Source: Pseudomonadota bacterium (GTDB taxonomy: Bacteria; Pseudomonadota; Gammaproteobacteria; Burkholderiales; Burkholderiaceae_C). From it: 64,000 nucleotides of DNA. The notes under the pieces are model-generated. The model did not search any database. It saw only the letters and a list, made by a program, of their open reading frames with translations, and was not told where the DNA came from. The stretch covers positions 44,445-108,444 of the forward strand of contig JAZKIV010000036.1 in the NCBI GenBank assembly GCA_040384685.1, given 5' to 3'. Positions 29,944 to 39,169 of the stretch are shown piece after piece. Within the stretch, counting starts at the first letter, position 1; every line of letters starts with the position of its first letter. Both the position numbers and the translations under genes were made by a program.

Positions 29944-30840
29944 TCATGCGGTGCGCGCCCGCGGCACGGGCGCAGGTTTCAGGGCCATCGGCACCACGTG
30001 CACGGCCACGCCGGCCAGCACCACGGCGGCCGACACCAGCAGCTGCACGCTCAGGTTCTCGTCCAGCAGCAGCCAGGCCAGCGCGACGCCGAACACCGGG
30101 ATCAGCAGCGCGATGGGCGAAGTGGCGGCCACGCCGACCGTGCCGATCGCCTTGCCCCACAGCACCTGCGCCACCGCGAACGAGGCGATCACCACATAGG
30201 CCACCGGCAGCCAGCCGGCCAGCGGCGCCTGCACCAGCGCCTGCAGCGCCGGCGGCGCGCCGGGCAGCGCCAGCTCGCGCGCCAGCCAGATGGCCGGCAG
30301 GCAGATCAGGCCGCTGGCGCACTGCAGCCGGATCACGCTCTCGGTGCTGCGCTTGATGGTGGTGTTGGCGAAGGCCCAGCCGGCCGCCGCCAGCAGGCAG
30401 ACCGCGCTGGCCAGCCAGGGCGCCTTGCTGCCGCCGGTGGCCAGCACGCCGGTGAGGCCGGCCAGGCCCAGCACGCTGCCGGCGATGGTGGTGGTGCGCA
30501 CCGATTCGCCCAGGATCAGCCAGCTGAGCGCCAGCGAGATGAACACCTGGAACTGCATCAGCAGCGCCGCCAGCCCGGGCGACAGGCCGAGCTGGATGGC
30601 GACGGTGGACAGCAGGTACTGGCCGATGCCCGAGCACAGCGAATACAGCAGCAAGGTCGTCACCGGCATCTTTCTGGGCCAGCCGACGATGGGAATCAGC
30701 GCGGCGACGAAGGCGAAGCGCAGCGCCGTGAGCAGGTACGGATCGAAATGTTCGAGCGCGAGCCGCACCGCCACGAAGTTGCCGCCCCACAGGACGGCGG
30801 CGGCCACCGCCGCCGCATACGCCACGCCCCTGGACGTCAC
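29944..30840 (-). CDS. EamA/DMT family exporter
   Basis: LWGGNFVAVR, LTALRF, about ten hydrophobic segments, SPIALLIPVFG. Confidence 0.9.
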   Translation of the reverse strand: MTSRGVAYAAAVAAAVLWGGNFVAVRLALEHFDPYLLTALRFAFVAALIPIVGWPRKMPVTTLLLYSLCSGIGQYLLSTVAIQLGLSPGLAALLMQFQVFISLALSWLILGESVRTTTIAGSVLGLAGLTGVLATGGSKAPWLASAVCLLAAAGWAFANTTIKRSTESVIRLQCASGLICLPAIWLARELALPGAPPALQALVQAPLAGWLPVAYVVIASFAVAQVLWGKAIGTVGVAATSPIALLIPVFGVALAWLLLDENLSVQLLVSAAVVLAGVAVHVVPMALKPAPVPRARTA

Positions 30841-31754
30841 GCCGCCGCCTCCAGCGCCGCGGACCTGCCGGTCTCGCGGGCCGACTCGAACACATCGGCC
30901 AGCATGGCGTAGTAGCGGTTGGCCACCTGCAGCCGCAGCTGGACACCGGTGGCCACCTCGGCCGTGAGTTCCGGGCGGGCCTGCAGCATCGGCAGCACCA
31001 CCTGGTTGAGCAGGTCGTCGCCGTGCTTGGCATCGATCTTCACGTGCATCTCGTGATAGTAGATGATGTCCTCGGGCACGCCCAGCCTGCGCATGCCCTG
31101 CACCGCGCGCGCGAAGCGCCGGGGCGCGGTGTGCTCCAGCAAGGTCAGCGCGCCCATCAGCTTCACGCAGTGCTCGCGCCGGACCGACAGCAGCAGCAGC
31201 AGGTTGCCGTTGGCCAGCGCCTCGGCGGTCGGCTGCACGAAGCGGCCGAACCGGGTGCCGTCGATGGCGTCGCGGAAGTACGCGGCCGAGTCGCAGAACA
31301 GGCGCGTGTGCATCTGGGTCTCGTCGCCCATGCCCATCTCGTCCCAGTAGTTGGCGGCCAGCGCCACCTTGGCCGCGCCCTTCAGGCCCATCTGCGCCAT
31401 CGCGATCACGTCGTCGAAGCGGCCGTCCACCTGCTCTTCGTAGAGCACGTAGACCGACAGCTCCTGCAGCGTGGCGTGCTGCGCCAGGTGGTCGAAGAAG
31501 GGTTCGGCCGCGGCCACCTGCTCGCGAAAGCGCGCGCGGTACCAGGGCTCGAAGTCCTCGGCGCGGCGCGGCAGCGCGGCGGTGTCGACGGTGGCCAGCT
31601 CGCGCGCCAGCCAGGCCGATTCGACCGCCTGCGTCGCGTCGCGGTGCGCGGCGAGCGCGGCCGCGTCGAACTCCTGCGGGCCGGCCAGTTCGCGCAGGTA
31701 CTGCGCGTTCAGCAGCAGCTGCGACGGCAGGCTGTACGGGTCATGCGTGTGCAT
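30837..31754 (-). CDS. heme-oxygenase-like dimetal oxidase (HDO; iron-containing redox enzyme family)
   Basis: NYWDEMGMG...MHTRLF, LEH, and HEMHVKIDAKH give the E,H / E / H,D,H ligand pattern. Confidence 0.82.
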   Translation of the reverse strand: MHTHDPYSLPSQLLLNAQYLRELAGPQEFDAAALAAHRDATQAVESAWLARELATVDTAALPRRAEDFEPWYRARFREQVAAAEPFFDHLAQHATLQELSVYVLYEEQVDGRFDDVIAMAQMGLKGAAKVALAANYWDEMGMGDETQMHTRLFCDSAAYFRDAIDGTRFGRFVQPTAEALANGNLLLLLSVRREHCVKLMGALTLLEHTAPRRFARAVQGMRRLGVPEDIIYYHEMHVKIDAKHGDDLLNQVVLPMLQARPELTAEVATGVQLRLQVANRYYAMLADVFESARETGRSAALEAAA

Positions 31755-31755
31755 T

Positions 31756-32346
31756 TCAGAATGCCTTTCGTTCGTGGACGAAGTCCTTCAGGTCCGGCTT
31801 GCTCTTCCAGAACGGCTCCAGCGGATGGTCGCCCAGCGCCTCCACGTATTCGGAGCGCTCGGCCTGCTGCAAGGTGGGCAGGTAGCGCGGGCAGTTCGGG
31901 AAGATGTCCGTCACCGCCACGCTGACCGCGGCGTGTGCGCCCTTCAGCGAGCGCACCAGTTCCGGCTCGGTCACCACTTCGGCACGGCCGTGGATGCGCA
32001 GCTTGCGCTTCTCTCCGGAAAACTCCAGGAACAGCAGCGCCACGCGCGTGGTCGCGCGGATGTTGCCCAGCGTGCGGAACATGCCGTTGCCGTCGTAGTC
32101 GGGAAACACCAGCGTGTGGCCGCCGTGCAGTTGCACGAAGCCCTCCGGGCCGCTCTTGACCGAGCAGTCCAGCGTGCCGTCGGCGGCCGACGAGGCGATG
32201 AAGAAGAACTGAGCCTTGCCGATGATTTCCGCATCGGTCTCGTTGAAGGCGGTGCGGCGGCGCGTCTGCTCGATGCGCTCGGCGATGCGGGTGGTGCCCA
32301 TCTCGGCCTGCAGCGCCTTCTGTTCGGCGTGAAAGAACTCGGACAT
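31756..32346 (-). CDS. pyridoxamine 5'-phosphate oxidase-like FMN-binding protein
   Basis: DCSVKSGPEGFV, FPDYDGNGMFRTLGNI, FPNCPRY. Confidence 0.85.
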   Translation of the reverse strand: MSEFFHAEQKALQAEMGTTRIAERIEQTRRRTAFNETDAEIIGKAQFFFIASSAADGTLDCSVKSGPEGFVQLHGGHTLVFPDYDGNGMFRTLGNIRATTRVALLFLEFSGEKRKLRIHGRAEVVTEPELVRSLKGAHAAVSVAVTDIFPNCPRYLPTLQQAERSEYVEALGDHPLEPFWKSKPDLKDFVHERKAF

Positions 32347-32358
32347 GTCGGCCTCCTG

Positions 32359-33069
32359 TCAGCGGAACTCGATCACCAGCACGTCGCGGTAACCCGGCCT
32401 GGCCGGGTCCGCGGGCTGGATGGCGGTGGTGTCGTGCAGCACGGTGTCGTCGCGAAACACCATGATGTCGCCGCCCGCGTCCAGGCGGCCCTGGAACGCG
32501 GCCTCGTGCGTCAGCAGGTCGAACAGCGTGGTGTCGCCGCCGATGAAGTTGATGTGGTTGGCCATGAACAGGCAGCTGAACTTCACGCCGTCGCGGTGCT
32601 TGCCCTCGGGCACCGGTTTGCCGGCTTCCTCGGACCTCGCCACGATGCGGTTGAAGTAGGTGTTGATGCGCCAGCGCGGCTGGTCTTCCAGCACACTGTA
32701 GGCCGCGCCCAGCAGCTTCAGCACGCGCTGCACCACCTGGTTGTTCACGATGGTGTCGGTCAGCGGCGCGAAGTGGCGGTCCACCCCGCCGTTGAGCGGG
32801 TTGAAGTACTTCGGCTGCGAATAGGGTGCGTGCGGCTGCACTTCCAGCCGGTCGTCGCCATGGGTGTAGACGAAGCGACCGAAGCGGCGCAGCCGGTAGG
32901 AGCCGCCGTCGTTCATGTAGGCGTCGGGCGGCAGGTCCTCGAAGATGGCCTGGAACGCGCGCCAGTCGTCCAGCGCCGTCAGGTCTTCGCCGAGAACCTG
33001 CGCGGTGGTGCCGATCACGAAGCGCTCTTCGGCAAGGGTGTCGAGTCCCGAGGTGGTCACGTCATGCAT
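32359..33069 (-). CDS. 2-oxoglutarate/Fe(II) dioxygenase (PF10014/BsmA/IDO-like)
   Basis: YRLRRF, PEGKHRDG (HxD), distal LHD, C-terminal RDVL. Confidence 0.8.
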   Translation of the reverse strand: MHDVTTSGLDTLAEERFVIGTTAQVLGEDLTALDDWRAFQAIFEDLPPDAYMNDGGSYRLRRFGRFVYTHGDDRLEVQPHAPYSQPKYFNPLNGGVDRHFAPLTDTIVNNQVVQRVLKLLGAAYSVLEDQPRWRINTYFNRIVARSEEAGKPVPEGKHRDGVKFSCLFMANHINFIGGDTTLFDLLTHEAAFQGRLDAGGDIMVFRDDTVLHDTTAIQPADPARPGYRDVLVIEFR

Positions 33070-33943
33070 AGCTGGCCTTCCTGCTGTTGTAGATGTCCTG
33101 GATGAGGTCGAAATAGGAACTGTTCTGGAACACGATGCGCGACGCGATGCGTTCGTGGAACGCGCGGAACGCTTCCGGGCGCAGCGCGGGAGCGAGGTGG
33201 TGCTCCACGTGGAAGTTGTTGCCGTTGGTGAACCAGGTGGCCAGCCAGCCGGCGCGCACGGTGCGCGTGTTCTCGAACACCGAAGGCGACTTGGCGCAGC
33301 CCCAGTGCTCGGGCAGTTCCAGCAGCGTGTGCATGCAGGCGGCCAGCGGGAAGGCCAGCAGCAGCACCGCGTCGAACGGGCGGAACACGGCGGCCAGCGC
33401 CATCGCCGCCAGCACGATCGCGCCGAAGGCGGCGTAGTCGCGGCGGATGCGGCGCTCGTTGTTCCTGTTGTAGACGCGCCCGATGGGCGCGCCGGTCCAT
33501 GCCGCCCACACCAGCTGCGCCACGCGCACCCAGTGCGGCAGCATCAGCAGGTTGGCCGCCAGGCGCCACGGCCGTTCGTTGTCTTCCTTGGAGAACTGGA
33601 AGAACTCCGAGTCGTCGTCGGTGCCCACGTGCTGGTGGTGGTGCAGATGGCGGTCCTGGTAGTGGTGGAAGGAGATCAGCAGCGGCAGGCCGAGCACGAA
33701 GCCCAGCGCGCGGTCCAGCCCGCGGCTGCCGGTGCCGGTGCTGTGCAGCGCCTGGTGCTCCAGCTCGATGCCGTGCGCGAAGGCCATGGCCACCAGCAGC
33801 ACGCCTGCCGCCTTCATCCACCAGAATTGCATGCCCGCCAGAGCGGTACCGGCGGCTATCATCAGCGCCCACACAGCGCATTTCGCAAGAAACACCATCG
33901 GCCGATTAGCGACCAGGTCTTTGTAGTCGATTCCCTGATTCAT
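33062..33943 (-). CDS. membrane fatty-acid-desaturase family enzyme
   Basis: Three His boxes HQALH, HLHHH and HVEHH with hydrophobic spans. Start uncertain (33943 or 33991). Confidence 0.85.
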   Translation of the reverse strand: MNQGIDYKDLVANRPMVFLAKCAVWALMIAAGTALAGMQFWWMKAAGVLLVAMAFAHGIELEHQALHSTGTGSRGLDRALGFVLGLPLLISFHHYQDRHLHHHQHVGTDDDSEFFQFSKEDNERPWRLAANLLMLPHWVRVAQLVWAAWTGAPIGRVYNRNNERRIRRDYAAFGAIVLAAMALAAVFRPFDAVLLLAFPLAACMHTLLELPEHWGCAKSPSVFENTRTVRAGWLATWFTNGNNFHVEHHLAPALRPEAFRAFHERIASRIVFQNSSYFDLIQDIYNSRKASYA

Positions 33944-34365
33944 ATTTTTTGAGACGAGTGCATGCCTCGCGCCGTTTTGGCTGCGATTCATGGTCAAGAG
34001 AGAGCCTCGCGTGCGCCGGAGGGCATGGAATGCCGGCATCGCAAAGGGAATGTGATGAGAGAGAGTGCGGTTGTTCTTCTTGTGTGTGCCTGTCGTCCTT
34101 CCCGAGGTGCCAATAGATGTCCGCCCGCGAATGCGGGCGGAGCGCGACTGCGCAATATGTCTACTGCTTACCCAGGGCGACGTGGGCCTTGATGGCCCGC
34201 CGCGGCGGTGCGGGGCCCGCACCGATCCTCCCTGGCGCACCTGGCCCGTGAATGGAGCCGGTGCTTTTTTTGCGCAGGGCGGACCTTAGCATTCATCTTT
34301 ACGGCCAGCAAGAGTACCTGTGTATTGATGCTGCCAATTCCGCGCATCATCTTGCTGACTTATAT

Positions 34366-35505
34366 CTATATGCCGAGCTCACGCAGAATGTCGGCATTGT
34401 GTTGCCCGACGCCGGGCACCTCGTCCATGCGGTGGTCGAAGCTGCTGTTGCGCCCCGGCGGCAGCAGCGCGGGGACTGCGCCTTCGGGCGTGCCGACCTC
34501 GCGCCAGCGGTCGCGCGCCTTCAGTTGCGGGTGCGCCCACAGGCCGGCCATGTCGTTCATGCGCGCGTGAGCGATCTGCGCTGCGTCCAGCCGCTGCTCC
34601 ACCTGCGCGATGTCGAGTGCACCGAAGACGTGCAGGATGATGGCCTTCAGCTCGGCGCGGTGCGTGTTGCGCTTCGCGTTGGCATCGAAACGGGGGTCGG
34701 TGGCAAGTGTTGGGTCCCGCAGCACCTTCTCACAGAACAGCTTCCACTCGCGTTCGTTCTGCAGGCCCAGCATCACCGTGCTGCCGTCGCCCACGGCAAA
34801 CGGGCCGTAGGGGTAGATGCTGGAATGCGAAGCGCCGTTGCGCGGCGGCGGCGGCGCGCCCTCGAAGGCATAGTACATCGGGTAGCCCATCCACTCGGCC
34901 AGCGACTCCAGCATGGAGACGTCGATGCGGCTGCCCTCGCCGGTGCGCTCGCGCTGCAGCAGCGCGGCCAGGATGCCGCTGTAGGCATACATGCCGGCGG
35001 CGATGTCGGCGATGGAGTTGCCCGCCTTGCTCGGCTCGTCCGGCGTGCCGGTGACCGACAGCATGCCGGCCTCGCTCTGGATCAGCAGGTCATAGGCCTT
35101 CTTGTCGCGGTAGGGGCCGTCGTCGCCGTAGCCCGAAATGTCGCAGACGATCAGCCGCGGATGCTTCGCATGCAGCGCCTCGAACGACAGGCCCATGCGC
35201 GCCGTGGCGCCCGGCGCCAGGTTCTGCACCAGCACGTCGGCGCGCGCCAGCAGCGCGACGAGCACCGCCATGTCCTGTGCATTCTTCAGGTCCAGCGCCA
35301 GGCTTTCCTTGGAGCGGTTGGTCCAGACGAAATGCGAGGACTGGCCGCGCACCCGCGTGTCGTAGGCGCGCGCGAAGTCGCCCGTGCCGGGCCGCTCCAC
35401 CTTGATGACGCGCGCGCCCAGGTCGGCCAGCTGGCGGGTGCAGAACGGCGCGGCGATGGCGTGTTCGAGGGAAACGACGGTGATGCCGTCGAGCGGTCGG
35501 GTCAT
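34366..35505 (-). CDS. CaiB/BaiF class III CoA transferase
   Basis: LADLGARVIKVE, NRSKESLALDLK, AYDLLIQSE. Confidence 0.92.
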   Translation of the reverse strand: MTRPLDGITVVSLEHAIAAPFCTRQLADLGARVIKVERPGTGDFARAYDTRVRGQSSHFVWTNRSKESLALDLKNAQDMAVLVALLARADVLVQNLAPGATARMGLSFEALHAKHPRLIVCDISGYGDDGPYRDKKAYDLLIQSEAGMLSVTGTPDEPSKAGNSIADIAAGMYAYSGILAALLQRERTGEGSRIDVSMLESLAEWMGYPMYYAFEGAPPPPRNGASHSSIYPYGPFAVGDGSTVMLGLQNEREWKLFCEKVLRDPTLATDPRFDANAKRNTHRAELKAIILHVFGALDIAQVEQRLDAAQIAHARMNDMAGLWAHPQLKARDRWREVGTPEGAVPALLPPGRNSSFDHRMDEVPGVGQHNADILRELGI

Positions 35506-35518
35506 GGGTGGATGGCTT

Positions 35519-36673
35519 TCAAAACGACCGCGGCAGCCCGAGCACATGCTCCGCCACGTAGGACAGGATCAGGTTGGTGGAGATCGGCGCCACCTGGTAG
35601 AGCCGGGTCTCGCGGAATTTGCGCTCCACGTCGTATTCGGCGGCGAAGCCGAAGCCGCCGTGGAACTGCAGGCAGGCGTTGGCCGCTTCCCAGCTGGCCT
35701 TGGCGGCCAGGTACTTGGCCATGTTGGCCTGCGTGCCGCAGGGCTCGCGCGCATCGAACAGGCGGCAGGCTTCCCAGCGCATCAGGTCGGCCGCCTCCAC
35801 CTCGATGTGCGCTTCGGCGATGGGAAACTGCACGCCCTGGTTCTGGCCGATCGGGCGGCCGAACACGGTGCGGTCCTTCACATAGCGCGTCACCCGGTCG
35901 ATGAACCAGCGGCCGTCGCCGATGCATTCGGCGGCGATCAGGGTGCGCTCGGCGTTCAACCCGTCCAGGATGTATTTGAAGCCCTGGCCTTGCGCGCCGA
36001 TCAGGTTCTCCGCGGGAATTTCCAGGTTCTCGAAGAACAGCTCGTTGGTTTCGTGGTTCACCATGTTGGCGATCGGCCGCACCGTCATGCCGCGGCCGAT
36101 CGCCTCGCGCAGGTCGACCAGGAAGATCGACATGCCCTCGGACTTCTTCGTTACCTCGGCCAGCGGCGTGGTGCGCGCCAGCAGGATCATGAAATCCGAA
36201 TGCTGCACGCGCGAGATCCAGACCTTCTGGCCGTTCACGACGTAGCGGTCGCCGTGCTTCACGGCGGTGGTCTTGATCTTCGTCGTGTCGGTGCCGGTGC
36301 TGGGCTCGGTCACGCCCATGGACTGCAGCCGCCATTCGCCGCTGGCGATCTTCGGCAGGTAGTGCCGCTTCTGCGTTTCCGAGCCGTGCCGCAGCAGCGT
36401 GCCCATGTTGTACATCTGGCCGTGGCAGGCGCCGGAGTTGCCGCCCGAGCGGTTGATCTCCTCCATGATCACAGAGGCCTCGGCCAGCCCCAGCCCCGAG
36501 CCGCCGTACTCCTGCGGGATCAGCGCGGCCAGCCAGCCGGCCTCGGTGAGCGCGGCGACGAAGGCCTCGGGATAGGCCCGCTCCTGGTCGATCCTGCGGT
36601 GGTATTCGTCCGGGAATTGCGCGCACAGCGCGCGCACGGCGTCGCGGATGTCCTGGTAGGCGGGGGTCGGCAT
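35519..36673 (-). CDS. acyl-CoA dehydrogenase
   Basis: VTEPSTGTD, NGQKVWIS, FHGGFGFAAEY, RETRLYQV. Start 36673 or 36682. Confidence 0.92.
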   Translation of the reverse strand: MPTPAYQDIRDAVRALCAQFPDEYHRRIDQERAYPEAFVAALTEAGWLAALIPQEYGGSGLGLAEASVIMEEINRSGGNSGACHGQMYNMGTLLRHGSETQKRHYLPKIASGEWRLQSMGVTEPSTGTDTTKIKTTAVKHGDRYVVNGQKVWISRVQHSDFMILLARTTPLAEVTKKSEGMSIFLVDLREAIGRGMTVRPIANMVNHETNELFFENLEIPAENLIGAQGQGFKYILDGLNAERTLIAAECIGDGRWFIDRVTRYVKDRTVFGRPIGQNQGVQFPIAEAHIEVEAADLMRWEACRLFDAREPCGTQANMAKYLAAKASWEAANACLQFHGGFGFAAEYDVERKFRETRLYQVAPISTNLILSYVAEHVLGLPRSF

Positions 36674-36714
36674 GGCCGCCATCTTGCCTTGCGCCGCCGC
36701 GCCGGACAAATCGG

Positions 36715-37635
36715 CTACGGCGCCGGCGCGCTCCAGTTCGGTGCGCCGAATGTGGACTGCAGGAAACGGCTGAGCGCCTCGGCGGCGACGCCGGGCTGGC
36801 GCCGCGTGCTCCACAGCAGCGTGATGTCCACCGGCGCCAGCGCGTCCAGCGGCCGCGTTTCCACCCGCGCGCCCTCGCGCGCGAACGGCCGGTAGGCGAC
36901 GTCGCTCAGCACCGTGACGCCCATCCCCTGGGCCACCAGGCTGCGTACCGCCTCGATGGACTGGACCCGGAAGCGGATGTCCGGCACCAGGCGGCGCCGC
37001 GCGAAGATCTCGCGCGTGCTGTCGCCCATCTCGTCCACGTCGTACAGGATGTAGGGCTGCCTGGCGATGTCGGCCAGCGTGACCTGGCGCTTGGCCAGCA
37101 GCGGATGGCCGGCACCCAGCCACAGCTGGCGGCGCGAACGGGTCAGCACCCGCGCCTGCACGCCGGCAGGCAGCTTGGGGTTGAAGCGCAGCACCGCCAG
37201 GTCGGCCCGGCCGCCGGCCACCGCCGCTTCCGCCTGCACGCGCGTGGCTTCCTCCACGGCCAGCCGGACCAATGGGTAGGCGGCGGCGAAACGCGCCAGG
37301 GCCGGCACCAGGTAGTAGCCCAGGGTCGACGACGAAGCCAGCAGCCTGGCCGAGCCTTGCAGTTCCGCGGTCGCGCCGCCGGCTTCCACGCCCGCCGCGG
37401 CCACGGCGGAGGCGATGTGGCGGGCGCGCTCCAGGAACCGCTGGCCCTGCAAGGTCAAGGCGACGCCGCTCGCATGCCGGCGCTCGAACAGCCGGCAGCC
37501 CAGGGCCGCTTCCAGTTCGCGGATGGCCGCCGTCATGGCCGATTGCGTCACGTGCACCCTGGCCGCGGCGCTGGTGAACTGCCCGGCTTCCGCCGCCGCA
37601 AGGAAGTACTCGACCTGCTTCAGCGTGAACTGCAT
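36715..37635 (-). CDS. LysR-family regulator
   Basis: FTSAAARVHVTQSAMTAAIRELE...LFER helix-turn-helix. Confidence 0.92.
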   Translation of the reverse strand: MQFTLKQVEYFLAAAEAGQFTSAAARVHVTQSAMTAAIRELEAALGCRLFERRHASGVALTLQGQRFLERARHIASAVAAAGVEAGGATAELQGSARLLASSSTLGYYLVPALARFAAAYPLVRLAVEEATRVQAEAAVAGGRADLAVLRFNPKLPAGVQARVLTRSRRQLWLGAGHPLLAKRQVTLADIARQPYILYDVDEMGDSTREIFARRRLVPDIRFRVQSIEAVRSLVAQGMGVTVLSDVAYRPFAREGARVETRPLDALAPVDITLLWSTRRQPGVAAEALSRFLQSTFGAPNWSAPAP

Positions 37636-37735
37636 AAACCGGATCGATGCATGGCGCGAAGATTACTCGCTTTCGCGCGCAACCCGCCGAATCCACAATG
37701 GCGCATCAGCATCTGTAAAACTCATGCCAGCTTCC

Positions 37736-38497
37736 ATGAAAACCATCGGTATCGTCGCCCACAGCGCGGAAGGCGCCGGGCTGTGCTTCCTCGCTGCCTG
37801 CCGCGCCGGCGGTGAATTGCTGGGCGAGCACCTGCACCCGCCCATCGCCATGAGCGCCATCGCCATGGGCCTGAGCATGCCGGGCTGGTGGGCCAATGAC
37901 CTGGAACAGGTCAAGCCGCACCTGCTGCGCGGCATCGAGATGGTGGCGCGCTCCGGCGCCGACTTCTTCGTCTGCCCCGACAACACGGCGCACCTTGCGC
38001 TGGAGCGGATGCAGCTGCCGCTGCCGGGCCTGCACATCGCCGGCGTGGTCGGCACGGAGACCGTGCGCCGCGGCTTCTCGCGCGTGGGGCTGCTGGGAAC
38101 GCGCTGGACCATGTCGGGCACGGTCTATCCGGATGCGCTGCGGCGCCATGGCGTCGAGCTGCTGGTGCCCGATGCGCAGGAGCAGGAAGAATTGAACGAA
38201 CTGATCTTCCGCGAGCTGTGCAACGGCCGCTTCGCGCCCGCCACCACCGCAAGCTTCCTGCGCGCCATCGAGCGCCTGAAGGTGCGCGGCGCGCAGGCCG
38301 TGATCCTCGGCTGCACCGAGATCCCGATCATCGTGGACGACCGCAATGCGGCGCTGCCGACGCTCGACTCGACGCGGCTGCTGGCGCGCTACGCGGTCGA
38401 GCTGGCGCTGCGCGACAGGCCTCTGCCCGCGCAGCAGGACGGCTGGCTCGCGCCGCCGGTGCTCACGGCGCCGGCCGGCTCGCCTTCAGGGATGTGA
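37736..38497 (+). CDS. aspartate/glutamate racemase family protein
   Basis: CPDNTAH, GLLGTRWTM, ILGCTEI. Confidence 0.85.
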   Translation: MKTIGIVAHSAEGAGLCFLAACRAGGELLGEHLHPPIAMSAIAMGLSMPGWWANDLEQVKPHLLRGIEMVARSGADFFVCPDNTAHLALERMQLPLPGLHIAGVVGTETVRRGFSRVGLLGTRWTMSGTVYPDALRRHGVELLVPDAQEQEELNELIFRELCNGRFAPATTASFLRAIERLKVRGAQAVILGCTEIPIIVDDRNAALPTLDSTRLLARYAVELALRDRPLPAQQDGWLAPPVLTAPAGSPSGM

Positions 38498-39131
38498 CCA
38501 GCGCCTCGCCGGCCGACAGGATGTGGGCGGACAGGCGCGCCGCGGCATCCTCGCCATCGCCTTTCTCCACGGCGCGCAGGATCAGCCGGTGCTCCTTGTC
38601 GGAGCGCGGTTGCCAGTTCTGCGTTTGCCAGGCGGCGAACAGGATGCGGCTGGCGGCCGCCTGCAGGTCCTCGACGGATGCCAGCAGCCGCTGCATGCCG
38701 CAGGGCGCGAGCAGCGCCAGGTGGAACTTGTGGTTGGCTTGTTCCCACACCCGCAGGTCGGTCGAGGCGTCGCTGTCGGCCAGCGCTTCGCGCGCGCGCT
38801 GCAGGTCGGCGGCCACGATGCGCGGCACGGCGTGGCGCAGCGCCAGGGATTCCAGCGCCGCCCGCATCTCGGTGATCTCGCGCACCGCCTGCGGGTCCAT
38901 GCCGGCCACCCGCACGCCGCGCCTGGGCTCGCTCGCCACCAGGCCCTGCGCCTCCAGCCGGCGGAAGGCTTCGCGCACCGGCACGTGGCTGGCGCCGAAC
39001 TCCACGGCCACGTGATCCTGCCGCAGCCGCTCGCCGGGTGCGAGCGTGCCCGACACGATGCGCGCCGCCAGCTCCCGGCTGATGCGGCCGGCCAGGGTGT
39101 TGTCTTCGCTTGCGGACAAAGTGGTCGTCAT
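38463..39131 (-). CDS. GntR/FCD-family regulator
   Basis: PGERLRQD, SHVPVREAFRRLE, NHKFH. Confidence 0.9.
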   Translation of the reverse strand: MTTTLSASEDNTLAGRISRELAARIVSGTLAPGERLRQDHVAVEFGASHVPVREAFRRLEAQGLVASEPRRGVRVAGMDPQAVREITEMRAALESLALRHAVPRIVAADLQRAREALADSDASTDLRVWEQANHKFHLALLAPCGMQRLLASVEDLQAAASRILFAAWQTQNWQPRSDKEHRLILRAVEKGDGEDAAARLSAHILSAGEALVTSLKASRPAP

Positions 39132-39169
39132 CTGATAATCTATTATAGATAATTTACCAAGGAACTCCG

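Noticed and set aside
29468-31033. 521-aa ORF suggesting a GNAT fusion
   Set aside because: Only the last 153-159 aa are GNAT; the rest is an alternate frame over the EamA and HDO genes.
34206-34224. 19-bp palindrome CGGTGCGGGGCCCGCACCG upstream of the HDO operon
   Set aside because: Very GC-rich, single occurrence and no U-tract; cannot be distinguished from chance, so not called as an operator or terminator.
34366-37696. CoA transferase and acyl-CoA dehydrogenase as part of the HDO operon; 725-aa fusion ORF
   Set aside because: Separated by more than 400 nt of AT-richer intergenic DNA and a common catabolic pair. The long ORF is an alternate frame over the LysR gene.
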